A stretch of DNA of 64,000 nt from an uncultured delta proteobacterium (GCA_963729715.1 CAVSPA010000004.1:352001-416000); one strand, 5' to 3'. Positions 10,599 to 20,840 are shown, counted from the first letter of the stretch. The notes: a model not told the origin generated them from the letters alone. Numbers and translations are program-made.

Positions 10599-11230
10599 CT
10601 GGGTAAACCCCCGGCTCTGCCGGGGGACTCCCAGAGTTTGACAATTCCGGGAATGTAAAGGAAACCTTCTATCCGTGAACCGTTCAAAGTTTACGGGGAA
10701 GGAGGTTTCAGTTGAACGACAGGCAGAGTTTAAGCCATACGTCATGGGAATGCAAGTACCATGTGGTATGGATACCGAAGTATCGGAGGAAAGCGATTTA
10801 CGAGCAACTGCGGAGATATTTGGGGTCAACATTCAGGGACCTCGCGATTCAGAAAGAGAGTCAGGTTATCGAGGGTCATCTTCGAGTTGATCATGTGCAT
10901 ATGTTGATCTCCATTCCGCCGAAGCATGCGGTAGCGCAAGTGGTTGGTTTCATCAAAGGCAAGAGCGCGATACATATTGCGAGAAACTTTATGGGTCATC
11001 GCAAGAATTTCACCGGTCAGCACTTTTGGGCCAGAGGTTATGAAGTTTCCACCGTTGGCAGAGATGAAGCCACCATTCGAGAATACATCAGAAAACAAGA
11101 GCAAGAAGACCGGCGTCTCGATCAGCTCAACATGTTTGAGGAGTAACCACCTTCAGGTGGTTCAGTAAATTAAATCCGCTTTGAGCGGTTCATACATTCA
11201 AGCCTCCGGCTTTGCCGGAGGTATATGACT
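10599..11230 (+). mobile_element. IS200/IS605-family insertion sequence (tnpA only); ends approximate
   Basis: Subterminal hairpins CCCCCGGC-TCT-GCCGGGGG (10608-10626) and CCTCCGGC-TTT-GCCGGAGG (11203-11221) flank a Y1 transposase. Confidence 0.88.
10712..11146 (+). CDS. tnpA: IS200-family HUH/Y1 transposase
   Basis: CKYHVVWIPKYRRK, DHVHML (HUH), FWARGY, IREYI (catalytic Tyr); AAGGAGG RBS before TTG start. Confidence 0.93.
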   Translation: MNDRQSLSHTSWECKYHVVWIPKYRRKAIYEQLRRYLGSTFRDLAIQKESQVIEGHLRVDHVHMLISIPPKHAVAQVVGFIKGKSAIHIARNFMGHRKNFTGQHFWARGYEVSTVGRDEATIREYIRKQEQEDRRLDQLNMFEE

Positions 11231-11310
11231 CGACTGAGCGCAGAGACGGAAGTCGATTTCGGATCATGCTAAGTATCATGTGCTGACCAGGATAATGAAA
11301 ATGAGGTCTC

Positions 11311-11775
11311 ATGGATCCCTCAGAGATGGAAGAAAAAGCTGCCGTCCTTTTTGACAAGCTTTTCCACTGAAGCCAGGCCGTCCTTGCGGTCGGGCAAGAG
11401 AAACTAGGTAAGGATGTCAATGAAGATATGCTCAAAGCAATGGATGCCTTCGGCGGAGGATTGGGGGCGCACGGCGAGACATGCGGCGCTCTTATCGGAG
11501 GCCTTGCCGTAATTGGTTTACTGTACGGCAGAAGCGCAGGCGACAAATTCGCCGATTTTCGGATGTGGAAATATGCGCACGAACTCATGAAGCGGTTTAA
11601 AGGGGAAATTACAAGCGGCCGTATTCTTTGCAGGGATATAGTCAACGTAAATTGGATGGATCAGAACCAGGTTAAGGAATATCGGCAAGGCCAAAAGCAT
11701 GATAACTGCAGAAAATTGACGGGCAAAACTGCGAAGCTCGTCGGGGAAATCATCGAGCGGGCAACGGCTGCGTAA
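11311..11775 (+). CDS. C-GCAxxG-C-C family redox protein, probable selenoprotein (UGA at 11368-11370)
   Basis: ATG 11311 is in frame: MDPSEMEEKAAVLFDKLFH-[TGA]-SQAVL...ETCGALIGG...LCRDI...NCRK; TGA occupies the first conserved Cys position; hairpin CTTGC-GGTCGG-GCAAG 12 nt downstream. Confidence 0.75.
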
Positions 11776-11906
11776 GAATCAAGATTCATGAAGAACAAAC
11801 CCTGGATACCCCGTGCGGAAGCACGGGTTCTTTACGCGCACTCTGTTATTTCGAAAAATCGTGCCCTCTCATAATGATGGACTCCCGTCCATGTCCAGGA
11901 GGAAGA

Positions 11907-12515
11907 ATGTTAACAACTAAAGAAGCTATAGAAAAAAGGCGGAGTATAAGAAAGTTTAAATCGGACCCCATTCCTCAAGAGCACATAACGGCGCTCTTGG
12001 ATTCCGCGCGGCTCGCGCCGTCCGGTTCCAATTCACAGCCCTGGCGTTTTAAAGTCGTCCACGACAGGGACACAAGACTGCAACTGGCTCAGGCATCTTA
12101 CAAAGAACCATTCATCGCCGAAGCTCCCGTTGTATTTGTCTGCTGCATCGACTTAAAGAGTTTCATAGACGGCACCGTCTCAGGTATACAGGACCTCGGT
12201 AGGATTGGGGCAGTCCAAGGCAGGATAGTTAAGATCATAGCCGATAGGACGGAGCGCTATTCCCCCGTCGACATAGAAGAACTTACCCCGAGAATAGCAC
12301 TTAACCTCGCTATTGCTGTGGAACACATCGTGCTGAGGGCATTGGATTTCGGTCTCGGAAGCTGCTGGATAAGGCTCCTCAATGGAAAGGCTATCAAGGA
12401 AATCTTCGGATGGGGCCGGAATATTCATGTAGTCGCACTATTGCCCGTCGGTTATCCGGCTGAATCACCTGCGCCGAGAAGAAGATTGAAAATCGAGGAA
12501 ATACTTATCGACTGA
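11907..12515 (+). CDS. Nitroreductase family protein
   Basis: IEKRRSIRKF, LAPSGSNSQPWRF, GLGSCWI, LPVGYP motifs. Confidence 0.9.
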   Translation: MLTTKEAIEKRRSIRKFKSDPIPQEHITALLDSARLAPSGSNSQPWRFKVVHDRDTRLQLAQASYKEPFIAEAPVVFVCCIDLKSFIDGTVSGIQDLGRIGAVQGRIVKIIADRTERYSPVDIEELTPRIALNLAIAVEHIVLRALDFGLGSCWIRLLNGKAIKEIFGWGRNIHVVALLPVGYPAESPAPRRRLKIEEILID

Positions 12516-12531
12516 AAACAAATGGAGGAAT

Positions 12532-12822
12532 TTGATGGTTATTATCTTAGGGAAATATACGAAGCCCCTGGAGGTGATCGATGCCCTTCTCGAGGATCAT
12601 CGAAAGTTTCTCGACCAGTACTACAAGAACTCAAAGTTCATTTGTTCCGGTCCGCAAGACCCACGAGTCGGCGGTGTCATAGTGGCAAATGTAGAAAGCG
12701 TCGATGAAGCCCGGCAGATCATGAAAAGCGATCCCTTTCATATCAACGGGGCGGCAGAATATCAGTTCATCGAATTTCTTCCGCTCAAATGCGATGAGCG
12801 TTTCTCGTGCTTTATCAAATGA
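12532..12822 (+). CDS. YciI family protein
   Basis: H-x-x-FL, SGPQDPRVGG, DPF motifs; GGAGG RBS. Confidence 0.8.
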   Translation: MMVIILGKYTKPLEVIDALLEDHRKFLDQYYKNSKFICSGPQDPRVGGVIVANVESVDEARQIMKSDPFHINGAAEYQFIEFLPLKCDERFSCFIK

Positions 12823-12912
12823 CAGGCATAGCGGGAGCTGTGCAAGCAATTTAGCTTGATAACAAGTTAAATACACTTCGTACTTCTCGCGTCTTGCCGG
12901 AGATAGATCTGA

Positions 12913-13725
12913 TTGTCCACTACTAAAGACAAGTTTGATATCTATGCATTGAAGTGCCGCGTTTCTGCTGAATTAATCAGGCCACGTGCCAAAACGGGTG
13001 ATCGGCCCGTGCTTGTGTTTCTCCACGAAGGACTGGGCAGCATCGGTCAATGGCGCGACTTCCCTGAAAAACTATGCGAGAAAACAGGCTGCCCGGCTCT
13101 GGTCTACGACCGCTGTGGTCACGGCACTTCCGATCCTCTAACGGAATCAAGAAGACCCGACTATCTCCATGACGAGGCCCTGCTTAGCCTCCCTGAAGTC
13201 CTAAAACAATGCGTCATCGACAAACCTATTTTCATAGGCCATAGCGATGGCGGTTCCATTGCCATCATATATGCGGGAACATATCCGCAAAAGGTTACCG
13301 GTATAATAACAGAGGCGGCGCATGTCTTTGTCGAGGATGTCACTGTAGATGGCATAAAGCGCGCTGTCGAAGTCTATGAGAGCACGGATTTAAGAACGCG
13401 TCTGGCCAGATTTCATGGCAGTAATACCGAGTTGATGTTCCGGGGCTGGGCGGACATCTGGCTTTCGCCGGAGTTCCGCGATTGGAACATCGAGAATTAC
13501 CTTCCGAACGTCACCTGCCCTCTTCTTGCGGTTCAGGGAAGAGATGATGAGTATGGCACGCCTGTCCAGGTTGAAGCCATCGTGGGCAAGGTTGCGGGAC
13601 AGGCAAGAGGTTTGATGATCGAGAATTGCGGACACATCCCTCACATACAGGCGAGGGAAAAAGTATTTGCGGAAATGGTGAACTTCATCTCGGCAATAAT
13701 CAAAGAGAGAAACAAGGCATCATAG
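12913..13725 (+). CDS. Alpha/beta fold hydrolase
   Basis: FLHEGLG oxyanion motif, GHSDGG nucleophile elbow, QGRDDEYG, CGHIPH. Confidence 0.9.
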   Translation: MSTTKDKFDIYALKCRVSAELIRPRAKTGDRPVLVFLHEGLGSIGQWRDFPEKLCEKTGCPALVYDRCGHGTSDPLTESRRPDYLHDEALLSLPEVLKQCVIDKPIFIGHSDGGSIAIIYAGTYPQKVTGIITEAAHVFVEDVTVDGIKRAVEVYESTDLRTRLARFHGSNTELMFRGWADIWLSPEFRDWNIENYLPNVTCPLLAVQGRDDEYGTPVQVEAIVGKVAGQARGLMIENCGHIPHIQAREKVFAEMVNFISAIIKERNKAS

Positions 13726-13830
13726 CTTCCGCCTCTGTCTGCTCGGTGCCACGCCGCGAGCAATTATTTATGCAAATCTTTGTACTCAGTATGGCTAACA
13801 CTTTTAGTTCTGTAGGGCAGCATACAACAG

Positions 13831-14295
13831 CTATTTCTTATAAACGCCGCACCCGACAAGAAGATTCCCCATCTTTTCGATGTACATGGATTTGGGCTCA
13901 ATTTTTTTGGTTAATGGATTGCCAAACTTATAGTCTTGCCAAAACTCCGATTTTGTCCTTGCGAGTTCCACTCTTTCTTTTACGTAATATTTTCCATCGG
14001 GATCTCTCATGTCGATCAGATCTTTTCCGACCAAAAATTTCGGATTCTGTCCATGGGCTAAACACTTTCCTTTTAAATCATAAACTACGACGTACAAATC
14101 TCTGTCAACAAACTTTCCTTTGAGATTGCTGATTTCGGCGAAGGCTTTTTCCGGCCCTACGGCCTTTATGTAAGCGACCGCTTTCTTAACCATCGCTACC
14201 GCTTCAGCCGGTGTCCCACTCTGGGCTGAATAAGCATTGCCTACAAGACCGAGCAAGAAAATACCGACAATTACTGTCACTGATATCCGCTTCAT
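13831..14295 (-). CDS. Periplasmic single Cache-domain protein
   Basis: Signal peptide; GKFVDRDLYVVV, AHG, DPDGKYYV, K-x-x-PK motifs of sCache_2. Confidence 0.85.
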   Translation of the reverse strand: MKRISVTVIVGIFLLGLVGNAYSAQSGTPAEAVAMVKKAVAYIKAVGPEKAFAEISNLKGKFVDRDLYVVVYDLKGKCLAHGQNPKFLVGKDLIDMRDPDGKYYVKERVELARTKSEFWQDYKFGNPLTKKIEPKSMYIEKMGNLLVGCGVYKK

Positions 14296-14574
14296 TTGTT
14301 CACCTCCTCAATATTTCTTCCCCAACATCCGATTAACCGCCTCATTATCTTTTGCCGTGAGCATTATGATGAATCCGTAGTGAAAAATCAACCCCATCTT
14401 TTATGCTTATCAAGGTAGACAACCTGCAATCCAACTCGCTCAGCCCGTCGCATCATGCTCCTAAATTTGCCGAATTTCACCCTTTTCTCAATGAATATGC
14501 CTTGGTCCCTGATGTTGAATATACTTGACATAAGAGCATCCTTTTTTTATGCTCACGCCGGATCAAGGTCAACG

Positions 14575-14814
14575 ATGAAAACAAACTTGAACGATTACAA
14601 AAAAGAAATGCAGGAACTTGAGACACGTTCTCACAGAATACAGGAGCAAGAGTATTCTGAAGTCAATCACGCACGCGCCGGGAAAAAGGAACTGCGAGTC
14701 ACAGCGCCGCTGTCCATAAAATGGGCCAGATTAATGCCGGGATTGATGGCCATCCTCATGGCCGTTCTCACACTAATCTTTCTCATTATCTCCGAGGTAC
14801 TAAAGAATCACTGA
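14575..14814 (+). CDS. Hypothetical protein with C-terminal transmembrane helix
   Basis: Open frame with a hydrophobic C-terminus; start uncertain. Confidence 0.4.
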   Translation: MKTNLNDYKKEMQELETRSHRIQEQEYSEVNHARAGKKELRVTAPLSIKWARLMPGLMAILMAVLTLIFLIISEVLKNH

Positions 14815-14933
14815 GCAGATATCTCTCCATCTCTACCGTACAGAGAGAATGAATCGCCTCGGTCAACGCACACAGAGAGCCCACCTGTAACTTTGCATTA
14901 AACCCGTTCAAATAAATGCAGTTCGAATCTATG

Positions 14934-15566
14934 TCATTGACACTTCGGAAATGCCTTCAGGGGCGCCGGCTTGCCGTCCGGCACGGCAGTGCGTGTGCCG
15001 TTCATAATCATGGCGAGAAAAGTGTAATAGCCGTTGATGCCGAGCATATCGATGACGCCCTGCTCGCCGAAGCGCTTCAGTGCCCGCTCATAAGTCGCAT
15101 CGGCAACACTCTTGTTAATATGGAGTTCCGTGCAGAAGTCATAAACAATTTGCTCATCCTCATTCATCCCCATGGGATAGCGCCCATCAGCGATCGCTCT
15201 CACAATCTCTGCCGTGATGCCTGATTTGATCGCGATGGGCTCATGGATAGCCCATTCCACCTGCTGCGTCCACTGGCGCGCCGTAATTAGGATGACGAGC
15301 TCGCTCAGTTTGGTCCCGATTGCACTCTTGTAGCGTAGGTATTCCCCCACGCGCTGCGCCCTGTCCATGAGCTCCGGGCTACGAATCAGCGGCACAAACG
15401 GCCCATAAAGAGCGCCGCGGGGACCTTTGACAATCTCCGCTGCGTACTTCTTCTGGAGATCGGTCATCTTTTCAAGCGGCATCGCGGGCATTCTGTCTTG
15501 TGCAAAAACACTGTTCGATTGCATGCCGATAGCAACTACAAAAACGATAAGGCAAAGCCACTCCAT
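14934..15566 (-). CDS. Carboxymuconolactone decarboxylase family protein (exported)
   Basis: GPRGALYGPF...LSELVILITARQW...EWAIH; GGAGG RBS before ATG 15566. Confidence 0.8.
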   Translation of the reverse strand: MEWLCLIVFVVAIGMQSNSVFAQDRMPAMPLEKMTDLQKKYAAEIVKGPRGALYGPFVPLIRSPELMDRAQRVGEYLRYKSAIGTKLSELVILITARQWTQQVEWAIHEPIAIKSGITAEIVRAIADGRYPMGMNEDEQIVYDFCTELHINKSVADATYERALKRFGEQGVIDMLGINGYYTFLAMIMNGTRTAVPDGKPAPLKAFPKCQ

Positions 15567-15718
15567 AAATTCCTCCTTTTGCTCCCCGGGAGCTTGCATT
15601 TGCCGCTATATGAATCAGTCAAGGGAATCCTGATTTACTAAAGGACAATGAATCGGAAGCAAATAAAAGAGAGGCGCCGCGTCCGTCCTGTCATCATTAT
15701 TGCCTCCTCATCAGAAAT

Positions 15719-16180
15719 CTATTTTTCGAATATTAATTCATCCTTGAGTTTAATACAACCGTTCACGCTCTGCGCAGCAGGACAGCGGGTGATATAGTTT
15801 GCGAAGCTCTCTTTGGCATCGGCCACCTTATCTTCGGGAACTTTCAGATGGTATTTGACACGGATAGTGGTGATCTTGAGTACGCCGTTGATATTCTCTA
15901 TGTCGCCTTCCACATCGGCCCAGTACAGACTTTCCGGCGTGGGAATCTTTTTTCCGGCCATCAACGTGGCCAGTGTGCCCATCATTCAACCGGCTGTCGC
16001 GGCAACGATGTGGTCGAGAGTCGCCGCATGCTCCTCTTCCGGCTGTATTTTGTAAAATTTCATGATGCCGCCGTGAACGCCGTAATAGACGGGTTCCGAG
16101 AATCCCTCTATCATGGCTCTTCTTGTCGGCCCTTTTTCCCTGACGATTTTAATTCTTGATGTGTGAACGACTTCTCCCAT
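15719..16180 (-). CDS. OsmC-family protein, probable selenoprotein (UGA at 15986-15988)
   Basis: Two contiguous in-frame ORFs: ...DHIVAATAG-[TGA]-MMGTL...TRCPAAQSV; TGA at the OsmC catalytic Cys position; hairpin GGCCA-CGTTGA-TGGCC follows; RBS GAGGA before ATG 16180. Confidence 0.8.
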
Positions 16181-16438
16181 ATCAGTCCTCCTTAACCTTT
16201 TTCTGTCTAATACCTCAACAGATTTGGTTTTACAACAAAATCCCATGTAGACACGCTTTTGACAAGCTAGGTTCATAACATTGGTTATATGCGAAGATGT
16301 GCACCGCGGTCTTGGCTGCTGATTTACCAATGCAGCAATCTTGTGAAAGGGTGGCGTGTGCAGCCAAGAACAGCTCTTGTGGTTTTGCCGATTTTGATGT
16401 ATAAAATGCCCCAGATTCTTTACGAGAGGACCATACAG

Positions 16439-18361
16439 ATGAAGGCCATTCGTTTTATAATGCTAGCATGCGTGCTTTCATTGCTGGCCTACACTCCCAT
16501 AGACGCAGCCTCCAAAGCGAAGCGCGGGGTCCAGATCACACCCATGCCCTCCCCTTCCCTCGACAGCCTATATAATCGGAGCTACGCCGTTATTGTCGGC
16601 ATCAATGCCTATGACAAATGGCCGTCCCTGGAATATGCCGTAAACGACGCCCGATCAATCGAGAAGCGACTCAAAGAGATGGGATTTGATACCATCACCC
16701 TTCTCGACAACTATGCTACAAGGGAGAACATCCTCAGAGTACTCGGTGATGAACTGCCGAAAAAGGTGGAGAAGAACGACCGGGTAATCATCTTCTTTGC
16801 CGGCCATGGCCAGACGGAGGAACTCGCGGACGGCAGCCAAATGGGTTACATCGTGCCCGTGGACAGCGATACCCGAAATATCTTCTCCACCGCCATATCC
16901 ATGGATCAGGTGCGGCAATTCTCGCGGCGTCTGCCGGCCAAGCATGTCCTCTATTTGATTGATGCCTGCTACTCAGGCCTGGGGCTTACCCGGTCAGGAG
17001 GCATACCCCCCAGCGACCGTGACTATCTGGACAAAATTACTACGCGGAAGGCGCACCAGATGCTGACGGCGGGCGGGAAAGGTGAACAGGCGCATGAAGA
17101 GGAAGGCCATGGAGTATTCACAAAATATATTCTGGAAGGACTCGCTGGTTCGGCAGACCGGGATGAAAAAGGCTATGTCACGTTCAGCGATCTTGCCTCA
17201 TATGTCAAACCAAAAGTGACGCGCATGACGCGCAATTCCCAGGTTCCGCAATACGGCAGCATTGACGGCGAAGGTGAATTTGTCTTTGTCCTGACCAAAG
17301 CAGCACCGACTGCAGCGGATATTCCGGCTAGCGGGCAGGAAGCAACCGCACGCCAACCTGAACGTATCGAGCCCGAGAAGCCAAAAGGCGTGAGAATGGG
17401 CCCTGATGTCACTTCTCTCGCTGCTACAATGAAAAACACAGTTGTCAGTATCACAACTACGCCTACGGAGGGGCAAACAAGAGAAACCAAGGGGGTTGAT
17501 GATCTTTTTGATAAATTCTTTGGTAATGCCCCTCCATCCCCAAAGCCGGGGCCAAAGGCCAAGAGCTTCGGGTCCGGTTTTATTATAAGCTCTGACGGCG
17601 ATATCTTAACAAACAATCACATTATTGAGCATGCTGAGAGCGTTCAGGTTGAACTTGCTACCGGACGTCAGTATGAGGCCAAAGTCATTGGCAAAGATAG
17701 AAGAACGGACGTTGCTCTAATAAGAATTAAGTCCGACGAAATCCTCCCCGCGGCTGGCATGGGCGATTCAGAACGACTACAAGTGGGAGAGAGGGTTCTC
17801 GCATTTGGTCATCCATGGGGACTGGAACAGACAGTAAGCTCCGGTATTGTCAGCGCCATTAGCGCCAAAGGTGATCCCGGATTCATTCAAATAGACTTCC
17901 CCATCTATCCCGGCAGCAGCGGCGGACCGCTTGTCAGCATGGAGGGCAAGGTAATCGGCATCAATACCGCGATTGAACCACAAACACCGGGAATCGGCTT
18001 TGCCATTCCCATCAATACGGTCAAGACCAGTTTATCGGATCTTAAGACGAAAGGAAAGGTAACAAGAGGATTCCTGGGTATTCAAGTTCAAGATATATCG
18101 GAAGAGACGGCGCAAAGCCTGAAACTCCAAGATAAAAGCGGCGCCCTGATTGCTCAAGTGGAAAAGGGAGGTCCGGCGGATGCCGCCGGTCTTCGCGCAG
18201 GTGATCTGCTTCTTGAGGTTAACGGAAAGAAGATTAAGGATGTCCGTCAACTTGTACTTCTTATCTCATCTCTTTCTGTGGGTGAAAAAACAATTGTCAA
18301 GGTTCTGCGCGATAGCCGGCCAATGACATTTCGCGCCATCATTGCTGAAAGAAAAGATTAA
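16439..18361 (+). CDS. Exported caspase-domain (peptidase C14) plus HtrA/DegP-type trypsin protease plus PDZ fusion
   Basis: Signal peptide; FFAGHG and LIDACYSG dyad; TNNHII / DVALI / PGSSGGP triad; GFLGIQ PDZ. Confidence 0.85.
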   Translation: MKAIRFIMLACVLSLLAYTPIDAASKAKRGVQITPMPSPSLDSLYNRSYAVIVGINAYDKWPSLEYAVNDARSIEKRLKEMGFDTITLLDNYATRENILRVLGDELPKKVEKNDRVIIFFAGHGQTEELADGSQMGYIVPVDSDTRNIFSTAISMDQVRQFSRRLPAKHVLYLIDACYSGLGLTRSGGIPPSDRDYLDKITTRKAHQMLTAGGKGEQAHEEEGHGVFTKYILEGLAGSADRDEKGYVTFSDLASYVKPKVTRMTRNSQVPQYGSIDGEGEFVFVLTKAAPTAADIPASGQEATARQPERIEPEKPKGVRMGPDVTSLAATMKNTVVSITTTPTEGQTRETKGVDDLFDKFFGNAPPSPKPGPKAKSFGSGFIISSDGDILTNNHIIEHAESVQVELATGRQYEAKVIGKDRRTDVALIRIKSDEILPAAGMGDSERLQVGERVLAFGHPWGLEQTVSSGIVSAISAKGDPGFIQIDFPIYPGSSGGPLVSMEGKVIGINTAIEPQTPGIGFAIPINTVKTSLSDLKTKGKVTRGFLGIQVQDISEETAQSLKLQDKSGALIAQVEKGGPADAAGLRAGDLLLEVNGKKIKDVRQLVLLISSLSVGEKTIVKVLRDSRPMTFRAIIAERKD

Positions 18362-18419
18362 TTGAACTCCCTAAGGAAATAGACGGGAAAGACCGCGGAT
18401 ACGCGGGACGCACAAATAG

Positions 18420-19043
18420 ATGGGCCTGCTCAAACTCCTCATAAACGATCCTTTTACATTCATCCTCCTTGCCATACCTCTTTTGTATTCCGTCATCCTT
18501 CACGAGCTGGCCCATGGCTGGGTGGCGTACCGCATGGGCGACTCAACGGCAAAATGGCAGGGCAGGCTCAGCCTCAATCCCTTAAAGCATCTCGATCCGA
18601 TTGGCACCATCATGCTCTTCCTCTTCGGCTTCGGCTGGGCGAAGCCCGTGCCTGTAAATTTCAGTAACTTGCGCGATGCACGCAAAGGACTGATACTCGT
18701 CTCCTCGGCGGGAATCATCACAAATATGTTTCTCGCCTTTATAGCCTTCTTTCTTAATCGCTTCTTGTCGCCGGAGCCGGGAGGGGTCTTATCCACTCTC
18801 CTCTATTACCTGGCACAGATCAACATCATACTGGCCTCGTTCAACATGATCCCCATTCCACCCCTTGACGGTTCAAAAATTCTCATGGGATTTGCGCCGG
18901 CAAGGCTTCAATACAGCCTTTCCCGTCTCGAGCCTTACGGATTCTTTATCATCATCGGACTCCTGTATTTCAGAGTATTAAACCCTCTCATCGATCTTTT
19001 CCGCTCCCTGATCTTAGTCCTCATAAGCGCCTTGCTGCCGTAA
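18420..19043 (+). CDS. Site-2 protease (peptidase M50) family
   Basis: HELAH, GWAKPVP and NMIPIPPLDG motifs. Confidence 0.9.
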   Translation: MGLLKLLINDPFTFILLAIPLLYSVILHELAHGWVAYRMGDSTAKWQGRLSLNPLKHLDPIGTIMLFLFGFGWAKPVPVNFSNLRDARKGLILVSSAGIITNMFLAFIAFFLNRFLSPEPGGVLSTLLYYLAQINIILASFNMIPIPPLDGSKILMGFAPARLQYSLSRLEPYGFFIIIGLLYFRVLNPLIDLFRSLILVLISALLP

Positions 19044-19178
19044 GGCAGGCCATCATCACGTCTTGTCAATGATGTGAAACTCTGCCCATCATTGGCCGAG
19101 AGAGACTGACCGCCCCTTTTACCCTATGCTGCGTCCCCAAGTCGTCATGCAAAATGTTCATCGACAGACTTTTTTACC

Positions 19179-19206
19179 TTGACGTCAAATTTTTTTTATG
19201 TATAAG
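19179..19206 (+). promoter_or_regulatory. Sigma70-type promoter of the NRAMP/MgtE operon
   Basis: TTGACG-16 nt-TATAAG, about 325 nt upstream of ATG 19533. Confidence 0.5.
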
Positions 19207-19532
19207 GGGAAAATCCGAAATGCTGATGTTGAATTTGAATTATTTTGTTGGAGTAAACCAAATTATATGGAACCTCCTGGTTGTAGAGGGACTGATGACT
19301 GCCTGACCGTGGTTCCCGGTAAAACAAAATAGAAGTATCATCCCGGAAGTATTTACATCACCTATCTGTTAGCCTTTGCTCCGCAGATTTCCGGGGTATA
19401 TGTTTGCACCGGAAATCATTGCCGCTCCTCATGCCTCTATTTCCCAATATTGATTAACCCGACTTTCTAAATCTTTCGATTTATTTAGTCCTAACAGGAA
19501 TAGATCGTTTTCCTTTTGATGGTGCGTGTCTT

Positions 19533-20840
19533 ATGTTCTGGGTAAGCAAGAGCATACACATCCTGAATCGCTTTCGCAGGCAGTTCATCATATTTCTCTC
19601 AGTTCTCGGCCCGGGCATTATTGTCATGGTTGCCGACAACGATGCAGGGGGAATTTCTACCTATGCCGTGACAGGTTCCAAGTATGGCTTTTCCCTGCTA
19701 TGGATGTTCATCATCCTTCTTCCCATGGCCTATTACGTTCAGGAGATGACTGTCCGTCTCGGGGCTGTTACCAAGCGCGGCCACGCAGAGGCTATCTTTG
19801 ACGGTTTCGGCCCCTTCTGGGGGTGGTTTTCCCTGATTGATCTGACTATAGTGAACTGGCTCACCCTGGTAACAGAGTATGTCGGGATGACAGCAGCCAT
19901 GAGTCTCTTCGGAGTGCCGCCATGGCTGACCGTGATTGTCGTTACAGCAATTCTCTTTACTGTGATCGTTTCCGGTCAATACTGGACCTTTGAAAGAATA
20001 ACTCTTTTTTTCTGTTGCTTTAATCTCGTTTACATCCCCGCCGCCTTGTGGGCCATGGAGACGCCTAACGCTCCCACATGGAACGCGGTATCCAAAGGAT
20101 TTTATAACCCTGATATCGGCGGATTCAACGCAGATCTCATCTTTATCATTCTGGCCAACATCGGTACAACTATTGCCCCATGGATGCTTTTTTTCCAGCA
20201 GAGCGCCGTTGTAGATAAGGGTCTGGACATCCATGATATCAAGTATGGCAAACTCGAGACTTTCGTGGGTTCGATATCAACGTGCGTTGTTGCCGTTTTC
20301 ATTATCATTGCAACTGCCGCGGTTTTTTATTTCCACAAACCTCCAATTGCCATTGAGGATGCCGCGCAGACGGCTGAGGCTATTGTGCCTTTCCTACCCG
20401 TAGGACAGGGTGATTGGGCCCGGAAACTCTTCGCTATCGGCCTTTTTGATGCCGGTTTCCTGGGAGCTCTTTGCATTTCGCTATCCACCTCCTGGGCTGT
20501 AGGAGAGGTCTTCGGCTGGGCGCACTCATTGAACAAGAAGGTCAAAGAGGCACCCTGGTTTTATTCGATTTACCTTGTTATGCTAACCACTTCGGGAGCC
20601 GTTGTTCTGATCCCCGGTGCTCCTTTAATCACGATTACTATGTTTGTGCAGGTTGTCGCGGTAACCTTGCTTCCGGCAGCGCTTGTTTTCCTGCTCCTGC
20701 TGCTTAATGATAAACCCCTTATGGGTGCGCATGTCAACACTCTCTGGGAAAACATCATGAACTGGTCCATTGTTTTTCTCGTCGTCGTCATGTCATCTTT
20801 GTTGGGCATCAGCACGATTTTTCCGGAGCTATTTAAATAA
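19533..20840 (+). CDS. NRAMP-related divalent metal (probably Mg2+) transporter
   Basis: GPGIIVMVADNDAGG (DAGG instead of DPGN) and GTTIAPWM motifs of the NRAMP-related Mg transporter clade; many TM helices. Confidence 0.85.
   Translation: MFWVSKSIHILNRFRRQFIIFLSVLGPGIIVMVADNDAGGISTYAVTGSKYGFSLLWMFIILLPMAYYVQEMTVRLGAVTKRGHAEAIFDGFGPFWGWFSLIDLTIVNWLTLVTEYVGMTAAMSLFGVPPWLTVIVVTAILFTVIVSGQYWTFERITLFFCCFNLVYIPAALWAMETPNAPTWNAVSKGFYNPDIGGFNADLIFIILANIGTTIAPWMLFFQQSAVVDKGLDIHDIKYGKLETFVGSISTCVVAVFIIIATAAVFYFHKPPIAIEDAAQTAEAIVPFLPVGQGDWARKLFAIGLFDAGFLGALCISLSTSWAVGEVFGWAHSLNKKVKEAPWFYSIYLVMLTTSGAVVLIPGAPLITITMFVQVVAVTLLPAALVFLLLLLNDKPLMGAHVNTLWENIMNWSIVFLVVVMSSLLGISTIFPELFK

Noticed and set aside
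11147..11310. tnpB or guide-RNA module in the IS200 element
   Set aside because: The right-end hairpin follows tnpA within about 60 bp, leaving no room
19207..19532. M-box (ykoK) or yybP riboswitch
   Set aside because: Conserved sequence blocks not recognisable by eye; needs an Rfam scan
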